Positions 18,401-27,101 of a DNA stretch of 64,000 bases are shown here, piece after piece. A program made the position numbers and the translations under genes. Below the pieces are notes generated by a model. The model was not told the origin of the DNA, searched no databases, and saw nothing but the letters and a program-made list of their open reading frames with translations. The DNA comes from Candidatus Aenigmatarchaeota archaeon (GTDB lineage Archaea; Aenigmatarchaeota; Aenigmatarchaeia; CG10238-14; SCSR01), in contig JAVZGQ010000004.1 of NCBI GenBank assembly GCA_038998585.1, forward strand, positions 260 to 64,259, given 5' to 3'. How positions within the stretch are numbered: position 1 is the stretch's first letter; every line of letters starts with the position of its first letter.

Positions 18401-19018
18401 TTAATCTTTTTTCAGTTTGTTTAAACTTTTCTGAAATTCTTTCATCTTTTTCTCCAAAATTTCAGCGGCAGACAAAACTATTTCTTCAGGACTTAAACCA
18501 GAAACAGATTCTAAATTAAACACAAACTTATCAGAATCATAATTATATCCAACAACAGCAGCTTGCCATTTCACATGCTCTTTTCCTAAACCAAGTTGTG
18601 CTATAGCCTCGAACTGCAATTCCTCGTCCTCAAAAAGTTCGACTATTGGAATTTTATCAAACACAGGTTTAACATCCTTGGCTTTACTCTTCAAATCTCC
18701 TGAATAAACGATTTTTGGCCCCTTTTCCTTTAAAATAAGCTCGACCTGACATCTGCTGCAACCTTTACCATCACATTTACACTCATGAGGTAGATCATAA
18801 GCTTTTTTGTCAAATGTTAATGGAATTTGTCCGAGCCTGTTTGCCAAAATCTCATCAGGAAGGGTAGAATCATTCTTCTTAAAATCAACCCACTCTATTG
18901 CCATAGTCGGCACTTCACCAATCATTATCCTTCTCAAAGCATTAGCGAATCCTGGAGAAATACCTTCAACTGAGAAGCTTAGTTCAGCACCTTCTTTTTT
19001 TATAATTTTTACTTTCAT
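18401..19018 (-). CDS. rpoD: DNA-directed RNA polymerase subunit D (Rpo3)
   Basis: 205 aa; GFANALRRIMIGEVPTMAIEWV and Cys cluster CKCDGKGCSRC. Confidence 0.9.
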   Translation of the reverse strand: MKVKIIKKEGAELSFSVEGISPGFANALRRIMIGEVPTMAIEWVDFKKNDSTLPDEILANRLGQIPLTFDKKAYDLPHECKCDGKGCSRCQVELILKEKGPKIVYSGDLKSKAKDVKPVFDKIPIVELFEDEELQFEAIAQLGLGKEHVKWQAAVVGYNYDSDKFVFNLESVSGLSPEEIVLSAAEILEKKMKEFQKSLNKLKKD

Positions 19019-19049
19019 ATTCTCACTTAATTATTTTTTCTTCTAAAAA

Positions 19050-19436
19050 TTAAACTCTTCTTCCCCTCCTTCCTCCCTTTGGCCTCATATATCCAGTTAT
19101 TATAGGTGTAACATCTTCTATCATCCCAATCTTTAAACCCGCCCTTGCCAAAGCTCTTATTGCGGGTTGTGCTCCCTGACCAGGTGCTCTCGATTTCACT
19201 CCTCCAGGTCCCCTTACTCTTACATGAACACCAACTATCCCTTTTGCCAAAGCAACTTCAGCGGCTTTCTTTGCTGCTAACATTGCTGGGAAAGGCATAC
19301 CACCTTCCCTATCTTTATCAGTCATCATTCCAGAAGAATATCTTGCTATCGTCTCCGATCCAGTCAAATCTGTGATATGGACAATTGTGTTATTTGGAGT
19401 TGCAAGGATGTGTGCGATGCCCCACTTTTCTTTCAT
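19050..19436 (-). CDS. rps11: 30S ribosomal protein S11
   Basis: 128 aa; conserved S11 sequence ([18 protein letters not shown]...) and operon position. Confidence 0.95.
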   Translation of the reverse strand: MKEKWGIAHILATPNNTIVHITDLTGSETIARYSSGMMTDKDREGGMPFPAMLAAKKAAEVALAKGIVGVHVRVRGPGGVKSRAPGQGAQPAIRALARAGLKIGMIEDVTPIITGYMRPKGGRRGRRV

Positions 19437-19440
19437 TTTT

Positions 19441-19890
19441 TCACCCAGTTTCTATTTTATTTTCTTCATCTTTTGTTACCATATAGCTTGGATAATTGAT
19501 TTTTCTACCACCAATTTTCACATGTCCATGAACAATTAATTGTCTTGCATGTTTAAGTGAATTTGCCAAACCTTTCTTATAAACAATTGTTTGCAATCTT
19601 CTTTCTAGAATATCTTCAACAGTCAAGGCAAGAACATCATCCAAATCACTACCTTCCTTCAAAACACCAATTTTTTTCAATTTTTCAATCAATACTTTTT
19701 CTTTTTCACTATCTTTTTTTGCAACCAAATCTCTTGCCATTCTTCTATATTTTCTTAACATAGCTTCAGCTCTCCACAATTCTCTCTTTTTTCTCAAACC
19801 AAACTTTTTCAATATTTCTTTTTCCTTTTCAATTCTTGTCTTATCCCAAGGTTTTTTTGGTTTTTCATATTTTTTTCTGGATTTTTTCAT
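19441..19890 (-). CDS. rps4: 30S ribosomal protein S4
   Basis: [17 protein letters not shown]-terminus and S4 domain; start set to ATG 19890 (track ORF begins 19908). Confidence 0.9.
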   Translation of the reverse strand: MKKSRKKYEKPKKPWDKTRIEKEKEILKKFGLRKKRELWRAEAMLRKYRRMARDLVAKKDSEKEKVLIEKLKKIGVLKEGSDLDDVLALTVEDILERRLQTIVYKKGLANSLKHARQLIVHGHVKIGGRKINYPSYMVTKDEENKIETG

Positions 19891-19894
19891 AAGA

Positions 19895-20452
19895 TCACTT
19901 CTTTTCACTCTTAGCTTTCTCTTGAGCTATTTTTACAGCTTTTTTAACAACTCCAACAACCCTTCCTTTCCTGAAAGAGCTTCTTGTTCTCTGGCCTCTA
20001 ACAGGTAGGCCAAGCATGTGTCTAACGCCTTTATAAGTTTTAAGGTCAATTTGCTTTTGAATATCAAATTTCTTTGCTATTTCTAAGTCTGCTCCAACCA
20101 AATGTAAATCTGCTCCAGTTTCAGGTTCTCTTCTTCTATTCAGAAGCCAGGCAGGTATACCATATTTTTTAGGATCTCTAATTATAGCTTCAATTTTTGC
20201 TATCTCTTCTTCTTTTAAGCTGCTGAGCTTAACATTTGGGTCAAAACCACCTACCAAACAAACGGCCCTACTCATATTATGGCTTATACCTTTTATTCCC
20301 AAGAGGGCGCTTTTAAGGGGCTTTTCTCCATTAAGATCTGTATTCATCACTCTTACAACTACTCTAACCTTTTTTTCTACCGGCTTCTTTTCAACTTTCT
20401 CTTTTTTTGGGCTTTCAACCTTCTCTTCTGCTCTTACTTTTGTAACTCCCAT
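19895..20452 (-). CDS. rps13: 30S ribosomal protein S13 with Lys/Glu-rich N-terminal extension
   Basis: 185 aa; VRVMNTDLNGEKPLKSALLGIKGI...VRGQRTRS. Confidence 0.9.
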   Translation of the reverse strand: MGVTKVRAEEKVESPKKEKVEKKPVEKKVRVVVRVMNTDLNGEKPLKSALLGIKGISHNMSRAVCLVGGFDPNVKLSSLKEEEIAKIEAIIRDPKKYGIPAWLLNRRREPETGADLHLVGADLEIAKKFDIQKQIDLKTYKGVRHMLGLPVRGQRTRSSFRKGRVVGVVKKAVKIAQEKAKSEKK

Positions 20453-20494
20453 GATATCACTATAACAATTAATTCATATTCTTAAATTTTTAAA

Positions 20495-20592
20495 TGGACC
20501 GGCCGGGATTTGAACCCGGAGCCTCTTCATAGCAGTTGAACTCATGCCTTTTCCATAATTAAGGAAGCGATCTACCATTGATCTACCGGCCC
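20495..20592 (-). tRNA. tRNA-Ala with 26 nt of intervening sequence (12-nt insertion 20549..20560 plus about 14 nt more within 20530..20548)
   Basis: Acceptor GGGCCGG/CCGGTCC has the G3:U70 Ala identity pair; D arm GATC-AATGGTA-GATC; T arm CCGGG-TTCAAAT-CCCGG. Anticodon GGC (favoured) or UGC depending on the second splice. Confidence 0.7.
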
Positions 20593-20593
20593 A

Positions 20594-20755
20594 TTATTTC
20601 CTTTTTCTAACCCATTTTATCTTTTTTGCTTCTCTTCCCATCATGAAATTTTTTTCACACTTTGAATTACAAAAATAAAATATTTCACCAGTCGTTTTTA
20701 CAAACATTTTCCCCCTACTTTCGATAACATTCCTACCACAAAAAGAACATTTCAA
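20594..20755 (-). CDS. rpl24e: 50S ribosomal protein L24e
   Basis: 53 aa, below the track cut-off: (M)KCSFCGRNVIESRGKMFVKTTGEIFYFCNSKCEKNF...; TTG start after GGTGAT; downstream of S28e as in other archaea. Confidence 0.8.
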   Translation of the reverse strand: MKCSFCGRNVIESRGKMFVKTTGEIFYFCNSKCEKNFMMGREAKKIKWVRKRK

Positions 20756-20760
20756 TTAAA

Positions 20761-20970
20761 TCACCTTTCAACCAATTTTGCCGCTGTCTCCATCTCTGTT
20801 TCTCTAAGCATTAAGATATCGCCAACTCTCACGGGACCAAGAACATTTCTTGTCAATATTTTCCCTTTGTCAGGACCTTCTAAAACCTTACACCTAACCT
20901 GCATAACACCTCGAGTACCGCTTCTTCCCAATAGTTGCAAAACTTCAGCAGGAAAAGACTTTTCAAGCAT
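20761..20970 (-). CDS. rps28e: 30S ribosomal protein S28e
   Basis: 69 aa; [39 protein letters not shown]. Confidence 0.95.
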   Translation of the reverse strand: MLEKSFPAEVLQLLGRSGTRGVMQVRCKVLEGPDKGKILTRNVLGPVRVGDILMLRETEMETAAKLVER

Positions 20971-20974
20971 TAAA

Positions 20975-21343
20975 TCACTTCTTAAGATCTTCTATTTTTT
21001 CTATGATTTCTTTCAATGCTTCTTTAGCATCTCCTGGTTCTATTATACAAGCAGCAGCACAAGCAACATCTATTCCAACGGCTCTTCCAAGTTCTTGCTT
21101 ACTAGACACATAGCTATATGGTATTTTCTTTTCTTCGCAAAGCACGGGTAAATGCATTACTATTTCTTCTGGTTCTACATCTTCTGCAATCACAACAAGT
21201 TTTGCTATTCCTCTTTCAACAGCCTTTGTTGTTTCATTCATGCCTTTTTTTACTTTCCCGCTGTTTTTTGCTATTTCTAAAGTTTGCAATATTTTTGTCT
21301 TCAAATCCTTTTGCAAATCAAATTTCACATAAGCTTTTCCCAT
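20975..21343 (-). CDS. rpl7ae: 50S ribosomal protein L7Ae (K-turn binding)
   Basis: 122 aa; [31 protein letters not shown]. Confidence 0.95.
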   Translation of the reverse strand: MGKAYVKFDLQKDLKTKILQTLEIAKNSGKVKKGMNETTKAVERGIAKLVVIAEDVEPEEIVMHLPVLCEEKKIPYSYVSSKQELGRAVGIDVACAAACIIEPGDAKEALKEIIEKIEDLKK

Positions 21344-21360
21344 AATCTCACCTTATAACT

Positions 21361-23010
21361 TTATTTGTGTGTGTAATATAAAATTATATCTTTATATTCT
21401 TTTTCTACCCTAGCGAAGCCAACTCTAGGCATCTGGATCATTTGATCTACCTTAACATTTTTTATTTCGGGTTCACTTATAGCTTTAATAATTTTACCAT
21501 TTGGCATTATCATCTTTATTTTTAAATTTGGTTCAGAGCACCAATGAATTTTTGGTGTATCAAGACAAACCTCTTTAGATACAAATGTAGTCTTCTTACC
21601 AATCCTTATAGTTGCAAAATACATCAATCCAACTTCTTTATTTTTAAATTTTTTGTAATCTTCTTTTTCAATCCAGATTTTTTTCAAATTTATTGGAATT
21701 TTTTTATATCCTCTTTCATGGAAATCTGGATGTAAATTTATTTTCACTTCTTTTATTTTAGGCGCATTTTCTATACTCAATTTTATAGGATTTAAAACAA
21801 CCATATACCTATTTGCTAGTGGATCAACAACCTTTCTGTTTTCAGCTTCTAAAATATCCCATGTAACCACACCTTCAGCTTTAGATACGCCAGTCAATAA
21901 AATAAAATTTTTTATGGCGTCTGGAACAAACCCTCTTTTTTTAAGGGCTATGAGTGTTGTGAGCCTTGGGTCGTCCCAACCAAGTAATTTTCCTTTTTTT
22001 ATCATATCACGAATTATTCTTCCAGAAGTTGGCACACCCTTTAAATTAAGCCTACCAAACTCAATTGTTTTTGTAGGTTTAAAGCCAAACAGATTTTGAA
22101 TGTATGTCTGCAAATCTTTTCTTATTTCGAATTCTTTACTCCTCAGCCTATGCGTCACGCCTTCCCAACCGTCCATCATGGCAGTTCCAAAATCATAAGT
22201 TGGCCAAACACGATATTTTTTTCTGGTTCTTGGATGCTCTGTCTCGACAATTCTCATTACAGAAGGATCTCTCATCGTGGCATTTGTGTGCTTCATATCA
22301 ATTTTTAATCTCACAACAGCTTCTTCTTCTTCAAACTCTTTTTTCATCTTTTCCCACAATTTAAGATTTTCTTCCACATCTTGCATTCTATGTTCACATT
22401 CTTTTCCACGAGCCCTATTCTTTCTTATAATATCAACTTTACACAAGCAAATGTAAGCTTTGTTTTCAAAGATTAGTTTTTCAATTGCTTCATAGAAACT
22501 TTTAATGTGGTTAGAAGAATAATCTAACACATCCCATTCAATTCCAAGCCATTTCATACCTTCGATCATTGATTTGTAATATTCTTCTCTAACCATCTTG
22601 GGGTTTGTGTCCTCAAACCTCAATATAAATTTCCCACCATATTTCTTTGCATAGAGAAAATTGAGAAATGCCGCCTTTGCATGTCCAATGTGAGGATATT
22701 TACTCGGTTCTGGTGGAAAGGCAGTTACAACCTTACCAAATTCTGCATCTGGAAGTTCTGGTAGATCAAATTTTTCAGCTTTTTTCTTCTCAATTTTTAT
22801 ATCCAATTCTTCTAACTTTTTCATCTGTTCTCCTAGAGATAGAGAATTGACCTCATTCACAATTTTTTTAACATTTTCTATCACATCTTTTATGTTATTC
22901 TTGAGTTCAGGTCTTTCTGCTATAACTTTTTTAATGACTGCTTGAACATCTGCTCTACCATCATGTTCAACAGCATTTATCAAAGCACACTTAAACACTA
23001 TTTCTTCCAT
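21361..23010 (-). CDS. gltX: glutamyl-tRNA synthetase (archaeal/eukaryal type)
   Basis: 549 aa; class I HIGH motif (PHIGHAKAA) and Glu/GlnRS core and anticodon-binding barrels. Confidence 0.85.
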   Translation of the reverse strand: MEEIVFKCALINAVEHDGRADVQAVIKKVIAERPELKNNIKDVIENVKKIVNEVNSLSLGEQMKKLEELDIKIEKKKAEKFDLPELPDAEFGKVVTAFPPEPSKYPHIGHAKAAFLNFLYAKKYGGKFILRFEDTNPKMVREEYYKSMIEGMKWLGIEWDVLDYSSNHIKSFYEAIEKLIFENKAYICLCKVDIIRKNRARGKECEHRMQDVEENLKLWEKMKKEFEEEEAVVRLKIDMKHTNATMRDPSVMRIVETEHPRTRKKYRVWPTYDFGTAMMDGWEGVTHRLRSKEFEIRKDLQTYIQNLFGFKPTKTIEFGRLNLKGVPTSGRIIRDMIKKGKLLGWDDPRLTTLIALKKRGFVPDAIKNFILLTGVSKAEGVVTWDILEAENRKVVDPLANRYMVVLNPIKLSIENAPKIKEVKINLHPDFHERGYKKIPINLKKIWIEKEDYKKFKNKEVGLMYFATIRIGKKTTFVSKEVCLDTPKIHWCSEPNLKIKMIMPNGKIIKAISEPEIKNVKVDQMIQMPRVGFARVEKEYKDIILYYTHK

Positions 23011-23033
23011 ATTTACTCAATTTCAATTAGAAT

Positions 23034-23885
23034 TTAATAAATTATAACAGATGCATATCCAACGACAGAATCAAACTCTTTTGTAACATCACCGGAAGTA
23101 GCATATTTGAGCAGCTCTACCTTTTTTGCCCCAAGCTCTTTTGCCGCAACTATAGCAGAAGCTATCCCACCAAATCCACAAATATTTGCATTTTTTTCCA
23201 AGATTTTCTCAAAAAATTTTTTTTCATCTAATTTTTTAATTTCTTTAATTAAACTCAAATCTACATTTTTTGCTACTTTTTGTGGAACATAGTGAGAAAA
23301 ATCAGAACTTGCGAGAATTATCCATTTCTCTTTCTCCTTTTTTATCACATTCGCGATAGCCTTACCCAATATTTTACAATTTTCTAAAAGTACTTCATCA
23401 GCAAACTCATTCAAAATTGCGATTGGAATAAACTTGAAGTCACTACCATATCTATATTGCAAAAATGGAAGCTGAACTTCTATCGAGTGTTCGTGTTGAT
23501 GAGCTATAATATCATGTTCAACAATCTCACATTCTTTTAAAATTTTTTCAGCAAATTCGTCTTGAATAGCAACCTCACCTAAAGGAGTTTTCCATAATCC
23601 ATTTCTCATCAGAGCAAATTGAGCACCCATTCCACTATGATTTGGTCCAAAAATCACATAATTTGCTCTTTCTATTCTTGAATATACCCAGGCAGCTATT
23701 GGTCCTGAATAAATATAACCGGCATGTGGTACAATTGAAGCAATAAAATTTTGTCTTTTAAAACCACCTTTTGGGCCTAGTCTATGGGAAAAAGAATCAT
23801 AGATCTGTTTCTTTAGCGCTTCAGCATCATAACTGTAAAAAGTTCCAGCTGCGACAGGTTGTCTAATCAGTATCATAACCATCAA
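23034..23885 (-). CDS. amrB: AmmeMemoRadiSam system protein B (MEMO1 family)
   Basis: 283 aa; VPHAGYIYSGPIAAW and downstream His/Asp ligands. Confidence 0.8.
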   Translation of the reverse strand: MMVMILIRQPVAAGTFYSYDAEALKKQIYDSFSHRLGPKGGFKRQNFIASIVPHAGYIYSGPIAAWVYSRIERANYVIFGPNHSGMGAQFALMRNGLWKTPLGEVAIQDEFAEKILKECEIVEHDIIAHQHEHSIEVQLPFLQYRYGSDFKFIPIAILNEFADEVLLENCKILGKAIANVIKKEKEKWIILASSDFSHYVPQKVAKNVDLSLIKEIKKLDEKKFFEKILEKNANICGFGGIASAIVAAKELGAKKVELLKYATSGDVTKEFDSVVGYASVIIY

Positions 23886-24011
23886 ATTATTAGTTTTGTG
23901 GCTTAATTAACTTTTATTTTCAAAAAATTTTAAAAAATATGTTTTTTAAAAACTACTTTAAAGCATAAATATTAGAAAAAAATATATTTTTTTCAGAGTG
24001 TGAAACATATT

Positions 24012-24302
24012 ATGAAAGAAAAATCGCTTCTCATGTTATTTTTAAGACAAAAACCAGTTAAATTGTTAACCAGTTTGAGGGACGAACCAAAATATGCTAC
24101 AGTTTTATCAAAAGAAGTTGATCTCACTTATTCCCACACAGTTAAGCTATTAGATCAGTTTAAAAATTTTGGTCTTGTAGATTTTGAGAAAAAAGGAAGG
24201 ATTAAGATAGTTAAACTTACAGAAACAGGAACAGACATCGCAAAAGCTTTTGATGTGACTTTAAGCAAGCTATCTAAAATAAAGTTAGTAGATAAAAAAT
24301 GA
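24012..24302 (+). CDS. winged-helix transcriptional regulator
   Basis: ATVLSKEVDLTYSHTVKLLDQFKNFGLVDFEKKGRIKIVKLTE; ATG 24012 preferred over GTG 24000. Confidence 0.55.
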   Translation: MKEKSLLMLFLRQKPVKLLTSLRDEPKYATVLSKEVDLTYSHTVKLLDQFKNFGLVDFEKKGRIKIVKLTETGTDIAKAFDVTLSKLSKIKLVDKK

Positions 24303-24304
24303 CA

Positions 24305-25144
24305 TCACAGTTCATCTAAAGGACTCTTAACCTTTTTCAACTCTTCTCTTGAAATGTGTGTATAAACTTGGGTTGTGTTGAGAGAAGAGTGCCCCAATAA
24401 CTCTTGTATTTTTCTTATATTTTCTCCAGATTCAAGCAAGTGGGTAGCAAAAGAGTGTCTAAAAGTATGTGGACTAACTTTTTTATTTATACCAATTCTT
24501 TTAATAGCATTTGTAACAATTTTTTGTATTGCTCTTGGAGAAATCTTTTCTTTTCTACCTATAAAAACATATTCTTCAGGATTTCTTCCCTTTACAAAGT
24601 CTTTAATTTTTTCAACCACTTTTTCAGAGATTATAAACATCCTATCTTTTTCGCCTTTTCCTGTCCTCACCCAACCAATTCTTTCATTCAATTCCAAATC
24701 CCCTACTTTTAAGTTTACCAATTCACTCAACCTCAGGCCAGAAGAATAAAGCATCATTACAATAAGTTTGTGTTTTTCATTTTCAATAGAATCAATTATT
24801 TTCTTCACTTCTTCTTTTGTTAAAACCGCCGGGAGCTTCTTTGGAACTTTCGGAGATTTAAAGTTAACAATATTTTTTTTGAGTACCTCGTCATAAAAAA
24901 ATTTTAATGCAGCTTTTATCAAAACTATGGATTTGGCCGAAGCACCTTCTTCCATTTTCTTAGCAATAAAGGTTTTTATATCATCTTCATTTACTTCTTC
25001 AGGACTTTTTTTTACAAATTCTAAAAACTTTTGATTGTAAAACAAATACATCTTTAAAGTTCTTTCAGAAAATCCTCTGAGTTTAATTTCATTTTCCAGT
25101 TTTTTCAGAGCGTCCATATTTAATGTTAATTTGTGTAAATTCAA
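24305..25144 (-). CDS. xerA: tyrosine recombinase XerA
   Basis: 279 aa; catalytic region HTFRHSFATHLLESGENIRKIQELLGHSSLNTTQVYTHI. Confidence 0.85.
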   Translation of the reverse strand: MNLHKLTLNMDALKKLENEIKLRGFSERTLKMYLFYNQKFLEFVKKSPEEVNEDDIKTFIAKKMEEGASAKSIVLIKAALKFFYDEVLKKNIVNFKSPKVPKKLPAVLTKEEVKKIIDSIENEKHKLIVMMLYSSGLRLSELVNLKVGDLELNERIGWVRTGKGEKDRMFIISEKVVEKIKDFVKGRNPEEYVFIGRKEKISPRAIQKIVTNAIKRIGINKKVSPHTFRHSFATHLLESGENIRKIQELLGHSSLNTTQVYTHISREELKKVKSPLDEL

Positions 25145-25197
25145 AATATTTATCTTCTCAAATCAAACAATTCATTTTTCTATTATTTTTATCATTC

Positions 25198-25357
25198 AAA
25201 AAAAGAGCGATGTCTCAACTTTGCCTGGTTTGCTTGCCCCGGAACTCCTTGAGTTTTTTTCACAACCACTTCACCAGCAAGTATGTTAGGTACAGTCCTA
25301 TCAACATCCCTGTCAATTCGCCGAAAAACCTTTCCGGGTTTTGCGATCTCCACGAAT
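25198..25357 (-). ncRNA. candidate structured ncRNA, possibly a reduced SRP (7S) RNA; strand and ends tentative
   Basis: GC-richer island in AT-rich spacer. TTTAAAATA box about 25 nt upstream on the minus strand, T6 run at the 3' end. Hairpin AAAACC-CGGAAA-GGTTTT. GGGGCAAGCAAACCAGGCAAAG recalls the SRP helix-8 3' strand. Confidence 0.35.
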
Positions 25358-25819
25358 CAAATTTCAAAAGACAACTATTATTTAAAGTTGGTGTTTTTGA
25401 ATGACTTCGGAAATTGAAAAAATAACTTTAAAATATGTTTGTAAAAGGTTCATATAACGATTCTTATACGCAAAAAAGCCTATTTTTAAGTGTTAACTGC
25501 GCCGGTTATTTGATAAGACTGAGCAAATTTTAGATATTTCTATTTTTCTATAAACTATAGGAGTTTGAAAATTGAATTTTTTAATAAATTTTTTTCCTAA
25601 TCTTTTAATTTGATAACTCGATTGTTGACATATTTCAGTTTTACAACATATCAAAAAAATTAAAATACGAAAAATCATTTTGATAAAAGTATTATTTTAA
25701 TAATTTATGACATATTTTTATTAAGAAATGCCTAAATTTTTGTTTTATTATAAAAAGAAGATGAAAATAGCTTTCTATAGAAGTGCGCCAAAAAATTATA
25801 AATATTGAGTAATTATAAA

Positions 25820-26137
25820 AAAGTGAGATTATGGTAACAAAAACATATTTTTTAAAATATTTAATTTAAAATATATTAGAATATATATATGTGATTTAAA
25901 TAATATATTATATAAAATATATTATAAAAAATTTTAATAGAAAAACATATGAATGAAAAAATAAAAATTCTTTAAATGAAAGTGAGACTTGGCCTTTGAG
26001 GCTAGATCTTATTTATTTATAGTAAAATATATTTTAAAAACGATATATTTTATAAAATTCATTTAAAATTTTAAAAAGTGAGAGTTAAAGTGAAAAATAA
26101 TGATTTTTCAAAAGGTGAGAATTATAAGAAAGTAAGA
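25820..26137 (+). repeat. six same-strand copies of an AAAGTGAGA(n)TTA-like motif in a very AT-rich spacer
   Basis: Exact AAAGTGAGA at 25820, 25979 and 26075; variants at 26087 (AAAGTGAAA), 26112 (AAGGTGAGA) and 26129 (AAAGTAAGA). Confidence 0.6.
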
Positions 26138-26166
26138 GTTAAATATATGAAAAATAATATAAATAT

Positions 26167-26850
26167 ATGGAAATTTTAAATCGTTTACTAAAAATATTTA
26201 AAAGGAAAACACTTATTCAGCCAGATTCAATCAATCACTCAATCAATCACTCAATCAATCACTCAATCAATCACTCAGAAGAAGATTCATCTATTGAATT
26301 ACAGAAAGAGTCTTTACAACTTGGTTTAGCAGCCGGATATGCAGGAAGATCACTTAAAGAAATAGAATCCTCATTAGTTCGTATAGAATCTCAAATGGCT
26401 TCTAAAGAATGGTTTATCGCCAATTTTAGTGATATTAATAAAATAAACAATCTTCTAGAATCTATAAAAGATACTTTAAAGACTCATGATGAATTAACCA
26501 TGAAACATTTTGAGACAATAGAAAATGCTATTTTTTCTCTTTATGGTATTGCAAATAAAGCACCCGAGCCAATAAAAACAGAGATGATGACCAAAATTAA
26601 TCTTATAGAATCACAGTTACCACTTACACCAAAAATGAAGCAATTAGAGGATATAGTGAAAGAGGTTGGTGAAATTAGCTATACAGATCTTGCAAATAAA
26701 CTTGGGATAACAGAGTCTGCTCTTAGAGGATTTTTAACTCAATGTATAAGAAGAGGCGTCAAGATCCAAAGAATCGAAAAAATGGGTAAAGGTTGGGTAA
26801 GATTTATTCAATCTTCTGATTCAATCAATCACTCAATCAATCAAATCTAA
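26167..26850 (+). CDS. hypothetical protein with (SINH)n repeats at both termini and a C-terminal winged-helix-like domain
   Basis: 227 aa; PDSINHSINHSINHSINHS near the N-terminus, SDSINHSINQI at the C-terminus, ISYTDLANKLGITESALRGFLTQCIRRG HTH-like segment. Confidence 0.5.
   Translation: MEILNRLLKIFKRKTLIQPDSINHSINHSINHSINHSEEDSSIELQKESLQLGLAAGYAGRSLKEIESSLVRIESQMASKEWFIANFSDINKINNLLESIKDTLKTHDELTMKHFETIENAIFSLYGIANKAPEPIKTEMMTKINLIESQLPLTPKMKQLEDIVKEVGEISYTDLANKLGITESALRGFLTQCIRRGVKIQRIEKMGKGWVRFIQSSDSINHSINQI
26227..26278 (+). repeat. tandem 12-nt repeat (TCAATCACTCAA x4 plus a partial copy)
   Basis: Read directly. A 26-nt stretch GATTCAATCAATCACTCAATCAATCA (26224..26249) recurs exactly at 26818..26843. 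Confidence 0.95.
26818..26843 (+). repeat. distal exact copy of the 26-nt repeat
   Basis: Identical to 26224..26249; lies at the 3' end of the same ORF. Confidence 0.95.
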
Positions 26851-26856
26851 GAAAAA

Positions 26857-27042
26857 TTATTTCTTTTTAGATTTCCCATTTCCATTCCATGGAGTATGAC
26901 AAACAGGACAGAAGCCTATCTGTTCATCTATACCCAACCTTATCAAAGAGTGGCAATTCTCACAAGGCACATTTACTTTATACGAATATTGGTTAATAAT
27001 CTTACCCAAATCGACACCGGTAGTATAATATATAGTTTTCAA
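26857..27042 (-). CDS. zinc-ribbon small protein
   Basis: 61 aa; CENC...CPVC. Confidence 0.4.
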   Translation of the reverse strand: MKTIYYTTGVDLGKIINQYSYKVNVPCENCHSLIRLGIDEQIGFCPVCHTPWNGNGKSKKK

Positions 27043-27101
27043 ACTATTTAAATATCATAGTTTTTAAGAATTATAAGTTTTTACTATAAAGTAGTTAAAA
27101 A

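Noticed and set aside
18126-18519. ORFs 18126..18308 and 18226..18519; likewise 62476..62658, 62601..62786 and 63755..63949
   Set aside because: They overlap tRNA-Leu, tRNA-iMet and tRNA-Val respectively, are GC-driven open frames, and have no coding features.
25871-25886. Palindrome ATATATT-AG-AATATAT near xerA as a possible dif site
   Set aside because: It has 7-bp arms and a 2-bp spacer, not the roughly 11-6-11 dif architecture. Such AT palindromes are expected by chance in this composition.
26227-26278. Tandem 12-mers as a CRISPR array
   Set aside because: The repeats are contiguous with no spacers, only 12 nt long and in frame within an ORF. No cas genes are in the window.
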